This document shows positions 1-9,145 of a DNA stretch of 64,000 nucleotides, piece by piece. Within the stretch, counting starts at the first letter, position 1; each line of letters begins with the position of its first letter. Source of the stretch: Candidatus Kerfeldbacteria bacterium (lineage in GTDB: Bacteria; Patescibacteriota; Patescibacteriia; SBBC01; CAIJZX01). A program made the translations under genes and the position numbers. The notes under the pieces are model-generated. The model worked only from the letters and a program-made list of their open reading frames with translations, was not told where the DNA came from and searched no databases. The DNA is taken from contig CAVSWO010000002.1 of the NCBI GenBank assembly GCA_963731735.1, forward strand, positions 270,106 through 334,105, written 5' to 3'.

Positions 1-497
1 CCGATTGATTGGGCCACCGACTGAATGCGTTCAGCCGAGACGCACATGTCCGGACTCGGAACAGTCCGGGCGGACGCACCGGGCTGCCAATCAACGATCA
101 CCAGCCGACCGCCGGGTTGGAGCATACGATGGATCTCGGTTAAGACGTCTTTGTATTTCTTGGTTTGACTTAGTAAATTTACAGCTAGCCCAGCGTTCAG
201 GCTATTTTGTCCAACGCCGCGCGCGCCTTCGTACAATTCCAAATTCGTCCAGACCGCTTTATAGTTAGTCAGGCGCTTGGCTTTCAAGGCGCTCATAGCC
301 GCCGAGAGCTGCGCTTTGACGACATCAAACAACAGAACTTGCCCGTCCGGACCAACCGCCTTGGCCATCAGACTCGAAAAAAATGCCGTTCCGTCTGTTC
401 CAAAGTCTCCGACGTGCATGCCGGGACGCAAATTCAGTTGCGCCACAATTTGATCAGCGTCGAGCGGTTGGGATTGGGCGGGTGGCATGGTATCCAT
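1..497 (-). CDS. class I SAM-dependent methyltransferase, 3' truncated by the window edge
   Basis: Reverse-strand ORF from the ATG at 497 translates MDTMPPAQSQPLDADQIVAQLNLRPGMHVGDFGTDGTAF...LLFDVV...PGGRLVIVDW. It has a glycine-rich SAM-binding motif and acidic-loop pattern. It is not in the ORF track because it runs off the edge. Confidence 0.6.
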   Translation of the reverse strand, partial: MDTMPPAQSQPLDADQIVAQLNLRPGMHVGDFGTDGTAFFSSLMAKAVGPDGQVLLFDVVKAQLSAAMSALKAKRLTNYKAVWTNLELYEGARGVGQNSLNAGLAVNLLSQTKKYKDVLTEIHRMLQPGGRLVIVDWQPGASARTVPSPDMCVSAERIQSVAQSI

Positions 498-504
498 AGC
501 AGAT

Positions 505-1143
505 TTATTTCTTACGCCGCGCATTGACTTTTCGCGCGCCGTTCATCGGTTTGAAAGTCACGCGATGAATCGGACTCGGACCATGCTGTGCGAGTAACGC
601 TTCATGACGAGAGGTGCCGTAGCCTTTGTGTAAATGAAATTCATAGAGGGGGTGAACCCGGTGCTCGGTCCGCATCAGGGTATCGCGGACGACTTTAGCC
701 ACAATCGAAGCGGCCGCAATCGATAAAACTTGGGCGTCACCATCAATCACGGCTTTAACGGGTTTTTTGCCGTAGGACAACGGAACCGCATCAACCAGCA
801 CCGCATCGGGACGAATGTGGAGTTTCTTCAAGGCATCCAGCAGGGCTTTTTTGTTGGCCCGCACAATTCCATACTGGTCAATATACTGTGACGGTACGAC
901 GCCAACCGCCCAGGCCACCGCCTGCTTGGTAATCTGGACGAACAACGTTTCCCGCTGCTTGACCGTCAGTTTTTTCGAATCATTGATCAGCCCCGGTGAG
1001 AAATCCGGACCTAAAATTACCGCGCCCGCTACCAAGGGTCCGGCCCAGGCGCCCTTACCGGCTTCATCTAAACCGGCCACGTGCGCATGGCCAGCCGCCC
1101 ACAGCCGTTGTTCTTCTTTACGATGGGGTTTGGTTTTGGGCAT
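505..1143 (-). CDS. rnhB: ribonuclease HII
   Basis: AGLDEAGKGAWAGPLVAGAV catalytic motif (DEAGRG-like) and RNase HII-typical length. The start was taken at MPKTKPH (1143); the ORF extends to 1167. Confidence 0.85.
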   Translation of the reverse strand: MPKTKPHRKEEQRLWAAGHAHVAGLDEAGKGAWAGPLVAGAVILGPDFSPGLINDSKKLTVKQRETLFVQITKQAVAWAVGVVPSQYIDQYGIVRANKKALLDALKKLHIRPDAVLVDAVPLSYGKKPVKAVIDGDAQVLSIAAASIVAKVVRDTLMRTEHRVHPLYEFHLHKGYGTSRHEALLAQHGPSPIHRVTFKPMNGARKVNARRKK

Positions 1144-1564
1144 GTGCGTGTACGTTTCCTCCACCATCAGTATACCCCAACTGCCGCCGGGCGACCATAA
1201 TGCAGGCGCCGTTCGCCATGACTACAAGTCCGAGCTGCTGAGCTTTTTGCCGGATGGCGTCGGATTCCGCCCCGGGTTGAAACCACAGTTTTTTAATGCC
1301 GGCCGCGGCGGCATCCTCGAGAATTTGTAGGCCCACCTCCGGCGGCACGACCACCGACACGACATCCGGTTTCGGTTCAATCGATTGCAAATTCGCCGCG
1401 GCCGGCACGCCATCAAGTTCCTGAAGTTTTGGATTGACCGGCACGACGGTAAATCCCGCTGTCCGTAAATCACGAAACACTTTATGGCCGTACTTATTCG
1501 GATTGGCGGAAGCGCCGACTACCGCAAATCGAAAATTGGGTTGTAGAAAGTCCGTCGGCTCCAT
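1118..1564 (-). CDS. CoA-binding domain protein (YccU/YneT-like)
   Basis: FAVVGASANPNKYGHKVFRDLRTAGFTVVPVNP is a classic CoA_binding fold start. It overlaps the rnhB start. Confidence 0.7.
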   Translation of the reverse strand: MEPTDFLQPNFRFAVVGASANPNKYGHKVFRDLRTAGFTVVPVNPKLQELDGVPAAANLQSIEPKPDVVSVVVPPEVGLQILEDAAAAGIKKLWFQPGAESDAIRQKAQQLGLVVMANGACIMVARRQLGYTDGGGNVHAHAQNQTPS

Positions 1565-1601
1565 AGCAATAGTCTACGCTTATGGACGGCTACAATCAAA
1601 T

Positions 1602-2846
1602 TCAGTTTTTTGCCTGTCCTGAGTCGGTCTGGATCGCCTCGGCTAACCGCTGGAGCGCGACGATGTATGCTCCGGTTCGTAAAGACACTTGGTGCCGCTG
1701 CGCGGCTTGCCAGGTTTCGTCGAAGGCGGTGGTCATGATGGGTTTGAGTTTTTCCCAAACTTGCTGCTCGGTCCAGCGCTGGTTCTTCATATTCTGCTCC
1801 CATTCAAAATAGGATCCCGTCACGCCGCCGGCATTGGCTAAAATATCTGGCACGACATGAATTCCTCGTTCATGCAGAATCGTATCAGCTTCAGGCGTGG
1901 TTGGGCCATTGGCTAATTCAATCACCGCCGCGGCTTTCACGTCCGGGGCGTTGGTTTTGGTCAGCACGTGTTCGAGCGCGGACGGAATCAGCAAATCAAC
2001 CTCCAGCTTTAGGAGTTCATCATTGTGGATACTGGCTGTCCCATCCAATCCGGTTACGCTGCCAGTGGACTGCTTGTGCGCCAGGATCGCGGCGATATCC
2101 AGTCCATCCGGTTGATAAATGCCGCCGCTTGAATCGGACACTGCCACAACCTTGAAGCCATCGGCTTGTAAGATCTTGGCCGCAAAGGCGCCGACATTGC
2201 CAAATCCCTGAATCGCTACGGTTGTTCCACGCGGAACACGATTGAGTTTTGTCAGTAATTCCTGAATTATATAGACGCCGCCCTGGCTGGTTGAGGTTTC
2301 GCGTCCGGCGGAACCACCCTGATCGATCGGTTTGCCGGTAAAGGCCGCCGGCGTCGGTTGGCCCGCCAAACGGGAATATTCGTCAGTCATCCAGGCCATA
2401 ATTTCCGGCGTGGTATAGACATCCGGAGCCGGGACATCAACCGTCGGTCCGAGATTCGGATACATGGCTTGCACCCATCCGCGTGCTAACCGTTCGAGTT
2501 CGGTCTTCGAAAGATCGCGTGGATTCACGGTCACCCCACCCTTACCTCCGCCGTAGGGAATGCCAACCACCGCGGTTTTCATGGTCATCCAAAAAGCCAG
2601 GGCTTTAACCTCATCAATGTTTGTATCCGGATGAAAACGGATCCCGCCTTTATAGGGACCGCGGGCATTATTGTGTTGCACGCGGTAGCCGGTGTACACC
2701 TTGGTTGAACCATCGTCCAACCTGACCGGAATGGAAAGCTCAATCAGTCGCTGGGGCTGCGACAAAATGTCGAGCACACGCGCGTCAAGTTTCATGACCG
2801 CGGCGGCGGCTTGGAATTGGGCTAAAGCGGAAGCAAAGGGTTGCAT
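1602..2846 (-). CDS. gdhA: NAD(P)-specific glutamate dehydrogenase
   Basis: KGGIRFHP and GGGKGG Glu/Leu/Phe/Val dehydrogenase signatures. The start is at MQPFAS (the ATG at 2846), giving about 415 aa. Confidence 0.9.
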   Translation of the reverse strand: MQPFASALAQFQAAAAVMKLDARVLDILSQPQRLIELSIPVRLDDGSTKVYTGYRVQHNNARGPYKGGIRFHPDTNIDEVKALAFWMTMKTAVVGIPYGGGKGGVTVNPRDLSKTELERLARGWVQAMYPNLGPTVDVPAPDVYTTPEIMAWMTDEYSRLAGQPTPAAFTGKPIDQGGSAGRETSTSQGGVYIIQELLTKLNRVPRGTTVAIQGFGNVGAFAAKILQADGFKVVAVSDSSGGIYQPDGLDIAAILAHKQSTGSVTGLDGTASIHNDELLKLEVDLLIPSALEHVLTKTNAPDVKAAAVIELANGPTTPEADTILHERGIHVVPDILANAGGVTGSYFEWEQNMKNQRWTEQQVWEKLKPIMTTAFDETWQAAQRHQVSLRTGAYIVALQRLAEAIQTDSGQAKN

Positions 2847-2850
2847 AGTT

Positions 2851-3834
2851 TTATGAATTTGTAGGTTGTTGATGACGAAAGGGCGTCGTAACGCCCCAGT
2901 CCACCACGCCGCCCCGACCGAGACGGCCCAGTGATTGAAAGTATGTATAGAGTCCAAGTGCGGCCTTGGCGCCTTCGCCGGCCGAGATGACGATTTGCTT
3001 TTGGGCGATTGTGGTCACATCACCAGCCGCGTAAAGGCCGGGAATATTGGTGGCGTTCGTTTGCGGATCGACAATCACCTGACGTCGAGCATCGTGAGCG
3101 GCTAAGTGTTCAGCCAACTTCGAATGCACCACATATCCAATTTCCACGAAAACACCGCTGACATCAATCGAATGCTTGGCGCCTGCTTGTTCATAGGTCA
3201 GGCCCTCGACTGCAGTTTTCCCTTCAACCGATAGCGTCTTGGCTCCCAAAGCGACGGTCACCTTCGCTTCTGCCAATGTCCGTTCAATCAGGACGCGTTC
3301 GCCGCGAAGTTCAGTGTGATGGGTCAGCAACGTAACCTGATTATCAGCGGCTAGTAGGAGGGCCGCGTCCATTGCGCTGTTCCCGCCCCCCACTACAGCC
3401 ACCCGTTGCTGATGAAATTTCGTGGCGTCGCAACTGGCGCAATATGAAACACCCTTGCCAATCAATTGGTCTTCTCCCGGTACATCAAGGTGCCGGTGCG
3501 AAAGTCCATGCGCTAATAAGACGGCTGTGCTTTGATACTCCTGGTTCCGAGCTTGGACCTGAAATCCCTGAGAATTTTTTTCAATGGCGTACACCTCGTC
3601 AATCACGACCCGGGCGCCATCTCGTTCGGCTTGCCGCTGCATATTTTTCATTAACGCCAAGCCGTCGATGTGATCAATCCCTGGATAATTTTCAATTTTT
3701 GCGGTGGTGGCTGCTTGACCGCCGATGTCCTGTGAGATCACTAGCGTCTGTAGGCCGCGCCGGGACGCAAACAACGCCGCCGTTAAACCAGCGGCGCCGC
3801 CGCCGACGATAATCACGTCGGTCGTTTGACTCAT
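2851..3834 (-). CDS. trxB: thioredoxin-disulfide reductase
   Basis: N-terminal FAD motif IIVGGGAAG, redox-active CASC (SYCASCD) and the second dinucleotide motif VVGGGNSA. The start is at MSQTTDV. Confidence 0.9.
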   Translation of the reverse strand: MSQTTDVIIVGGGAAGLTAALFASRRGLQTLVISQDIGGQAATTAKIENYPGIDHIDGLALMKNMQRQAERDGARVVIDEVYAIEKNSQGFQVQARNQEYQSTAVLLAHGLSHRHLDVPGEDQLIGKGVSYCASCDATKFHQQRVAVVGGGNSAMDAALLLAADNQVTLLTHHTELRGERVLIERTLAEAKVTVALGAKTLSVEGKTAVEGLTYEQAGAKHSIDVSGVFVEIGYVVHSKLAEHLAAHDARRQVIVDPQTNATNIPGLYAAGDVTTIAQKQIVISAGEGAKAALGLYTYFQSLGRLGRGGVVDWGVTTPFRHQQPTNS

Positions 3835-4157
3835 CCGGTGTGTTTGGCTAGTTCGGATTGTAGGGCCTGTTTCTGGTGAACACCGATACCCTGCCAAACC
3901 ATTTGTCCGTGCTTAAATATTGCCAGGGTAGGAATTGAAAGAACATTGTACTGCCCGGGGACGGTCGGATTTTCGTCAACTTCCATTTTGACAAATTTAA
4001 CTTTGTCACCCATCTCTTTCGAGAGTTCATCGATTATCGGGCCCTGAATTTTACACGGTGTACACCAGGTAGCCCAAAAATCTACTAACACTGGAACTTG
4101 CTGTTCTTCCAGCACCTCCGACTTGAAATTTTGATCGGTACCGACAATTTCGGCCAT
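3831..4157 (-). CDS. trxA: thioredoxin
   Basis: The WCTPCK active site within a thioredoxin fold, 108 aa. There is a 4-nt overlap with trxB. Confidence 0.9.
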   Translation of the reverse strand: MAEIVGTDQNFKSEVLEEQQVPVLVDFWATWCTPCKIQGPIIDELSKEMGDKVKFVKMEVDENPTVPGQYNVLSIPTLAIFKHGQMVWQGIGVHQKQALQSELAKHTG

Positions 4158-4175
4158 AGACTTTTCTCCTTGTGG

Positions 4176-4427
4176 CTAGGTCGCCTTAGTAAACAAAGAA
4201 GTTAATTTAGCAATGTCATCCGGTGTGACTGTCCGGTTCTTTCGAATGCGTTCAAGCTCACGTTGGAATATTAGCGAAGCAACGTTTTCAATGCCAGCCC
4301 GTATAGCACTGACTTGCGTCAGGACATCGCTGCACGGTCGGCGATCATTCAACATCTGCTCAACGGCTTCAAGTTGTCCAACCAGTCGATGAATTCTTGC
4401 CCCCAGTGTACGGGAAGATTTTCGCAT
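4176..4427 (-). CDS. CsoR/RcnR/FrmR-family (DUF156) transcriptional repressor, single-Cys variant
   Basis: The N-terminal LxxRLxRIxGQLxAVxxML and RRPCSDVLTQVSAIRAG core are typical of CsoR-family four-helix repressors. Only one Cys is present and the C-terminal His/Cys ligands are absent. Confidence 0.75.
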   Translation of the reverse strand: MRKSSRTLGARIHRLVGQLEAVEQMLNDRRPCSDVLTQVSAIRAGIENVASLIFQRELERIRKNRTVTPDDIAKLTSLFTKAT

Positions 4428-4436
4428 ATATGCACA

Positions 4437-4457
4437 ATATACCCCCTGGGGGTTTAT
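4437..4457. promoter_or_regulatory. C5/G5 palindromic operator (ATATACCCCCTGGGGGTTTAT) upstream of the CsoR-like gene
   Basis: A near-perfect inverted repeat with C- and G-tracts lies 10-30 nt upstream of the start codon at 4427. It resembles known CsoR/RcnR-family operators. Confidence 0.55.
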
Positions 4458-4543
4458 GTCAAGTCGATCGTTTTAGTGTCGTTAAATGTTAACTGAAATA
4501 TAACAGCATTGTTCCACGGGGAACAATCAGCCAAAAAAACCCT

Positions 4544-4618
4544 GGTGGACCATAGCGGAGTCGAACCGCTGACCTCTGCAATGCGAATGCAGCGCTCTAC
4601 CAACTGAGCTAATGGCCC
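4544..4618 (-). tRNA. tRNA-Ala (anticodon CGC)
   Basis: Cloverleaf with a G3:U70 Ala identity pair, anticodon loop TTCGCAT and an encoded CCA. Confidence 0.85.
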
Positions 4619-4713
4619 AAGTGTTAGGTTTTCAATGTTCCTCGCGGAACATTTTATATATTATGAATGTTCCACGAGGAACAATCATAAATATCTTTAA
4701 TTTTTCTAAATAT

Positions 4714-4789
4714 TGGTGGACCCTACCGGGATCGAACCGGTCACCTCTTCCATGCCATGGAAGCGCTCTACCAGATGAGCTAAGGGCCC
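4714..4789 (-). tRNA. tRNA-Ala (anticodon GGC)
   Basis: G3:U70, anticodon loop ATGGCAT, TTCGATC T-loop and an encoded CCA. Confidence 0.85.
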
Positions 4790-4801
4790 AAGAATAAAGT
4801 T

Positions 4802-4877
4802 TGGTACCCCCACCAGGATTTGAACCTAGATTTATCCCTTAGGACGGGACCGTTCTAATCCATTGAACTATGGGGGC
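4802..4877 (-). tRNA. tRNA-Arg (anticodon CCT)
   Basis: Acceptor GCCCCCA/TGGGGGT, anticodon loop GTCCTAA, T-loop TTCAAAT and CCA. Confidence 0.7.
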
Positions 4878-4910
4878 AAGTGAGGAACAATGTTCCTTTG
4901 CGTCGTAAAA

Positions 4911-5117
4911 CTATATCAGTTTAAAGAGCCTCGCTCCCAAGTCGCCAAAAAAATTATGATTTAAGTCGTAGAAATACAATCCGACTAATATTCCAGCAAT
5001 TACAAGAGTAAAAGCAAAAACAGTCAGGAGATCCTTTTTGATACCAAAATTTTGTTGTTCCATAAGCTTCATCAGTGTACAGAAAAACCTAAAAAAATCA
5101 ATTATTGTCATTGACAT
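4911..5117 (-). CDS. small hydrophobic hypothetical protein (68 aa)
   Basis: ORF with one predicted TM segment in an AT-rich spacer. There is no homology signal. Confidence 0.3.
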   Translation of the reverse strand: MSMTIIDFFRFFCTLMKLMEQQNFGIKKDLLTVFAFTLVIAGILVGLYFYDLNHNFFGDLGARLFKLI

Positions 5118-5181
5118 TTTCCCTTATTTCTGCTATAATTATTTTAGCGTAAAACAAATAACAACTTTTATATAGGCATGT

Positions 5182-7863
5182 TTGCGTGGCTTACTAACCG
5201 CCGCAAAAAAATTGTTGCATTCAGTCGTTCGCTGGAGCAGCCCTTTCTGGCATCACATCCTACGATGGTCGTCACGATTGGGATTTTTAGTTACCTTAGC
5301 TTTCGCAAAAGCGGGGATTGCAGTTTTGCAATTTGTTCTTGAAACACCCATTTACCTTCGGCATTATCCAACACGCTCTTTTGAAATTCTGGCATTACGT
5401 GATCAGTCGCAAAGTTTTCTTGAATCGTATTCTCTCCATTTACGGAAATACCGTCTTTCAATTTTAGTTACGCTTGGGCTGTTTATTGTATTGATGGGGC
5501 AGCTTTTTGTATTTGGTTACGGTGTCTATCGAGCAGGCAGGCCAACTCAGGTCATTGCCCAAACCAATGTTGTGACACTAACTGATGTCTGGGACAGAAC
5601 TGGAATAAAAAATGAGCCATGGACGTTTGATGGATTTGGATGCGTGTCGGGAACTACGACATTCAGTTGTGAAGCTGATAATACTCGGCTGCTTGCCAGT
5701 TTTTCAAATAACTCAAGTGGTGGAACGGTTTGTCCCGCTACAGATAGTTATCGACGTAGTGGCATGCAATTTTCATTATCTAGCATTCCGAACGCGGCAA
5801 TTATTACAAAGGTTGAATTGCTCGTCACCGTTTTTGATCCCAGTGCAAATTCTATTTCAATTGGACGAAGCACGACTGATAATGGTAGTGGTTTAAGTTG
5901 CGCATCTTTTTATAATGACTTCTTGGCGAACACGTACATAACCACTTCGACTTTTTCAACCGCCGTTGCGAAGACACTAGATTTAGGTGCAACCGCAAAA
6001 ACTGATGTTCAATCTCGTCTCAATACCACAGATGCCATATCAATTTCTTTTGGAAATACGGGGACTGATAGTGTTACGCTTGATTCATTAGAAACCGCAA
6101 ACCCGCCACAGCTTCGCGTCACCTACACATCCGCCCCGTCTGCTCCGTCTGCCCCATCCGTTTCGAGCAGTACCTCACACAGTATTACCTGGAGTTGGAC
6201 AGATAACGCCACCGAAGAAACCCAATATGACCTCCATGACGGCTCGCATCAAGCCGTTTCCGGATGCAGCGCCCTACCGGCGAATTCAATAAGCTGTACA
6301 GAAACCGGACTATCGCCCAATACCAATTATTCTCGTCATGTTCAAGTAACGGATCCGATTGGCACGACCGAAGGGGGCAGCGCGTCCGGATACACGGCCG
6401 CCGCTGATCCGGCGGTAACAAGTGATCGCTCGACCGCGACCTGGTATACGTCGGGGGCTTTCACCTTTTCCAATGCGGCTGCCTGGGGCGCGGGGGGCGT
6501 AGAGTATTATCGCTATGTTTGGAACACATCGTCCACCTTTGCATTTACTGGGAGTGAGTCAACCTGGAGCTCCCTCGATGCAAATTGTCCTGGCGGAACG
6601 TGCGATGTATCCGGCACAAGTTTGCCATTGACCACCAACACGGATAGTCCGAGTTGGTATCTTCACCTCCAGAGTTATAATGGGAATGACCAAGCGGCAA
6701 CTAGCCAATCTTTTGGTCCATATTATTTCGATAGTACCGGTCCAACCGCGCCCAGCAACATCAATGACGGAACGGGCGCTGATATTGACACTACCACAGC
6801 AACGTCACAACTGAGCGCCAACTGGACGGCGGCTAGTGATGTGGGTTCGGGACTTGATCACTATGAATATGCTATCGGCACCAGTGCCGGCGGAACACAG
6901 GTCAGTGCCTTTACCAGTGCCGGAACAAATACCACCGTCACAAAAACCGGATTAACGCTCAACGTCGGAACAACGTATTATTTTTCAGTCCGAACCGTTG
7001 ATACCGCCAGTAATGTCAGTGCCACTCAGAGCAGTGATGGGGTTACCGTTGTGGCTAGTACCGCATCGCCATCCACGCCCGACTCCTCCATAAGTACGCC
7101 GACTATATCCAGTCCGAGTGATGGACAGTCAGTCAATGAACCATACCCAGAGATACGCGGTAGCGGTCCAAGCACCGCTGATATATTTATCGTCGTTGAT
7201 CGAGTGATCAATGTGGTCGTGCGGGCAGATGCGAGTGGAAATTTCAGCGCCCGATTACAATCACCGTTGGTTGAGGGTTCGCACGCCGTGTTTGTTCGAG
7301 CGCGAGTCGGGAGCAACGTCAGTCCCGAGTCGTCACCCATTACCGTCATCCGATCAGGTGGCGGAATTCCGGTCACAATTCGTCATCGATATATTACTGA
7401 CGGTACGAATCCGTCCGTCACCTTTGAGGGTGTGGCTCCCACGAACTCCACGGTCCAGATCCTACTCGATGAAAGTATTTATCAAACATTTTTTGCCGGA
7501 CCTTCGACAACTACTGCCTATGGTTTTTTGAAAACCGTGACCGTGCCCGATAACATTGCCGCCGGACAACACACGCTGAGTTTTATTGCGATTAATGCCA
7601 ACGGAAAAGCCAGTTACGAAACCGGCCAAACGACGTTTACTAAATCCTCGTCGGTGGTGGATGCGCCAGACATCAGCTATAGCAACGCCTCAGAATATGT
7701 TGTGCAATCCGGAGATTCGCTTTGGAGTATTGCTGCAAAATTTTTGGGTGATGGACAAGCTTGGCCGCAAATCCAGCAAGCGAATGAGGCCCAGTATCCC
7801 AGCCTGACAACTCAACCACACCTTATATATCCAGGTTGGGTGCTCCATATACCTTCCGGCTAA
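5182..7863 (+). CDS. large membrane-anchored surface protein with FN3-like repeats and a C-terminal LysM domain
   Basis: N-terminal TM segments, an SAPSAPSAPS linker with S/T-rich FN3-like modules, and a C-terminal LysM (YVVQSGDSLWSIAAKFLGDGQAWPQIQQAN). The true start is uncertain. Confidence 0.7.
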   Translation: MRGLLTAAKKLLHSVVRWSSPFWHHILRWSSRLGFLVTLAFAKAGIAVLQFVLETPIYLRHYPTRSFEILALRDQSQSFLESYSLHLRKYRLSILVTLGLFIVLMGQLFVFGYGVYRAGRPTQVIAQTNVVTLTDVWDRTGIKNEPWTFDGFGCVSGTTTFSCEADNTRLLASFSNNSSGGTVCPATDSYRRSGMQFSLSSIPNAAIITKVELLVTVFDPSANSISIGRSTTDNGSGLSCASFYNDFLANTYITTSTFSTAVAKTLDLGATAKTDVQSRLNTTDAISISFGNTGTDSVTLDSLETANPPQLRVTYTSAPSAPSAPSVSSSTSHSITWSWTDNATEETQYDLHDGSHQAVSGCSALPANSISCTETGLSPNTNYSRHVQVTDPIGTTEGGSASGYTAAADPAVTSDRSTATWYTSGAFTFSNAAAWGAGGVEYYRYVWNTSSTFAFTGSESTWSSLDANCPGGTCDVSGTSLPLTTNTDSPSWYLHLQSYNGNDQAATSQSFGPYYFDSTGPTAPSNINDGTGADIDTTTATSQLSANWTAASDVGSGLDHYEYAIGTSAGGTQVSAFTSAGTNTTVTKTGLTLNVGTTYYFSVRTVDTASNVSATQSSDGVTVVASTASPSTPDSSISTPTISSPSDGQSVNEPYPEIRGSGPSTADIFIVVDRVINVVVRADASGNFSARLQSPLVEGSHAVFVRARVGSNVSPESSPITVIRSGGGIPVTIRHRYITDGTNPSVTFEGVAPTNSTVQILLDESIYQTFFAGPSTTTAYGFLKTVTVPDNIAAGQHTLSFIAINANGKASYETGQTTFTKSSSVVDAPDISYSNASEYVVQSGDSLWSIAAKFLGDGQAWPQIQQANEAQYPSLTTQPHLIYPGWVLHIPSG

Positions 7864-7867
7864 CCGA

Positions 7868-7896
7868 TTGACACCGAGCCACGAGGCGCCTACACT
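7868..7896 (+). promoter_or_regulatory. sigma70-like promoter TTGACA-17-TACACT upstream of the bactofilin gene
   Basis: A consensus -35 and a near-consensus -10 with 17-bp spacing. It is followed by a 7-2-7 palindrome CTGTACTAGAGTACAG (7904-7919), a possible operator. Confidence 0.5.
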
Positions 7897-7943
7897 AGAA
7901 CCGCTGTACTAGAGTACAGTCTTGATTTCTATCATTTTCGTGT

Positions 7944-8336
7944 ATGGCGATTTTTCAGCGCGACGGCGCCGACCAGGGAACAGATAAAGAAACAATTATT
8001 GGACCAACCGTCAAAGTCGACGGGAATTTTGTCGGAGCGGGCAACGTGATGGTTGAGGGTCACGTCTCCGGTAGCCTGAAGACCAGCAAAGATTTACGGA
8101 TCGGCGAGGGCGCCACACTCAAAGCCGATATTGAAGCCGCCAATATTTTTTTGGCGGGTGAAGTCCGCGGTCAAGTCAAGTGCCATGGCCGACTAGAGAT
8201 CGCAGCCACCGGAAAGATTTTTGGCAATGTCGATACCAAGACCATCGCGATCGCGCATGGGGCGGTCATGCATGGGAAAGTTACGATGGCGGCCGAAGGG
8301 CACCCGGCGCCGAAGAAGTCCTCCGAGCCAGAATAA
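7944..8336 (+). CDS. bactofilin (polymer-forming cytoskeletal protein)
   Basis: Beta-helical DUF583 repeat pattern: VDGNFVGAGNVMVEGHVSGSLK...IFLAGEVRGQVKCHGRLEIAATGKIFGNVD. Confidence 0.8.
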   Translation: MAIFQRDGADQGTDKETIIGPTVKVDGNFVGAGNVMVEGHVSGSLKTSKDLRIGEGATLKADIEAANIFLAGEVRGQVKCHGRLEIAATGKIFGNVDTKTIAIAHGAVMHGKVTMAAEGHPAPKKSSEPE

Positions 8337-8341
8337 TTTCG

Positions 8342-9085
8342 ATGTACGCTTACCTGGTTGATAACCTGGGTCAGGATCGGCATCTCCAAGCCGAATTGTT
8401 TAAGGTTGAGGCCCGGTTAGCACAACTCGGTATTCAAGGACGAACGGAAAAGATCACTATCCTGAAAAATTTAGTCGAGTCGGCGCGGGATGCGGTTCGA
8501 CGCGGGGCAACAACCATCGTGGCCATTGGTTCCGATGCCACAGTTATCAAACTCTTACCGGTCGCGATTGAAGAAAATGTCTCGCTCGGGATTATTCCTT
8601 TGACGGCGCCATCATCGCTGGCCGAGTACCTGGGGATTCCGTTCGGCGCCGCTGCTTGCGACGTTTTGGCGCGTCGGATCGTGCGGCGCGTCGACGTTGG
8701 TAAAGCCGATAATCAATATTTTTTACGGGAAGCGCGGGTTGAATCCCGGACCCCGGTTGAATGTGACGGCGCCTACACGATTTCCATTGAAGATCCCCAG
8801 GCGCATATCGTGATTGGCAACCTCGGGCCAAACGATAGTCACGGCCAACCAACGGATGGGCGGCTGGAATTGCTTGTCCAAACCGACGCCGATTCCGGTT
8901 GGCCGTTTCGAAAATCTCAGGGCACCCAAAGCAGCGTCATTCCGATTCGGACGGCTAGCCTCAAAGGCAAGTCGGCTGACACATCCTTACTGCTTGATGG
9001 TGAGGTACTGGTCAAGGGCGCCACCACCATTGAGGTAGCCAAGAAAAAACTCGGTATCATCGTCGGCCGCGATCGGAAATTTTAA
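8342..9085 (+). CDS. DAGK_cat/YegS-like lipid kinase family protein
   Basis: The TTIVAIGSDATV segment takes the place of the GGDGT motif. The fold pattern is that of a diacylglycerol-kinase catalytic domain. The start was taken at MYAYLV after the bactofilin stop. Confidence 0.5.
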   Translation: MYAYLVDNLGQDRHLQAELFKVEARLAQLGIQGRTEKITILKNLVESARDAVRRGATTIVAIGSDATVIKLLPVAIEENVSLGIIPLTAPSSLAEYLGIPFGAAACDVLARRIVRRVDVGKADNQYFLREARVESRTPVECDGAYTISIEDPQAHIVIGNLGPNDSHGQPTDGRLELLVQTDADSGWPFRKSQGTQSSVIPIRTASLKGKSADTSLLLDGEVLVKGATTIEVAKKKLGIIVGRDRKF

Positions 9086-9105
9086 TCTGACAAAATTGGT
9101 CCGGA

Positions 9106-9134
9106 TTGACAATTGGGGTCTGTTTTCGTATACT
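9106..9134 (+). promoter_or_regulatory. sigma70-like promoter TTGACA-17-TATACT for infB
   Basis: A consensus -35 and a -10 with 17-bp spacing. The ATG at 9146 is only 12 nt downstream of the -10, giving a very short leader. Confidence 0.55.
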
Positions 9135-9145
9135 CTCGACGTTCT

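Noticed and set aside
8180-8341. The long N-terminal extension of the lipid-kinase-like ORF (start 8180).
   Set aside because: It overlaps 150 nt of the bactofilin gene in another frame. An in-frame ATG right after the bactofilin stop is more plausible.
9113-9145. Upstream start (9113) for infB.
   Set aside because: It falls inside the TTGACA-17-TATACT promoter, so the ATG at 9146 is the likely start. The same reasoning applies to ftsH at 38812 versus 38770.
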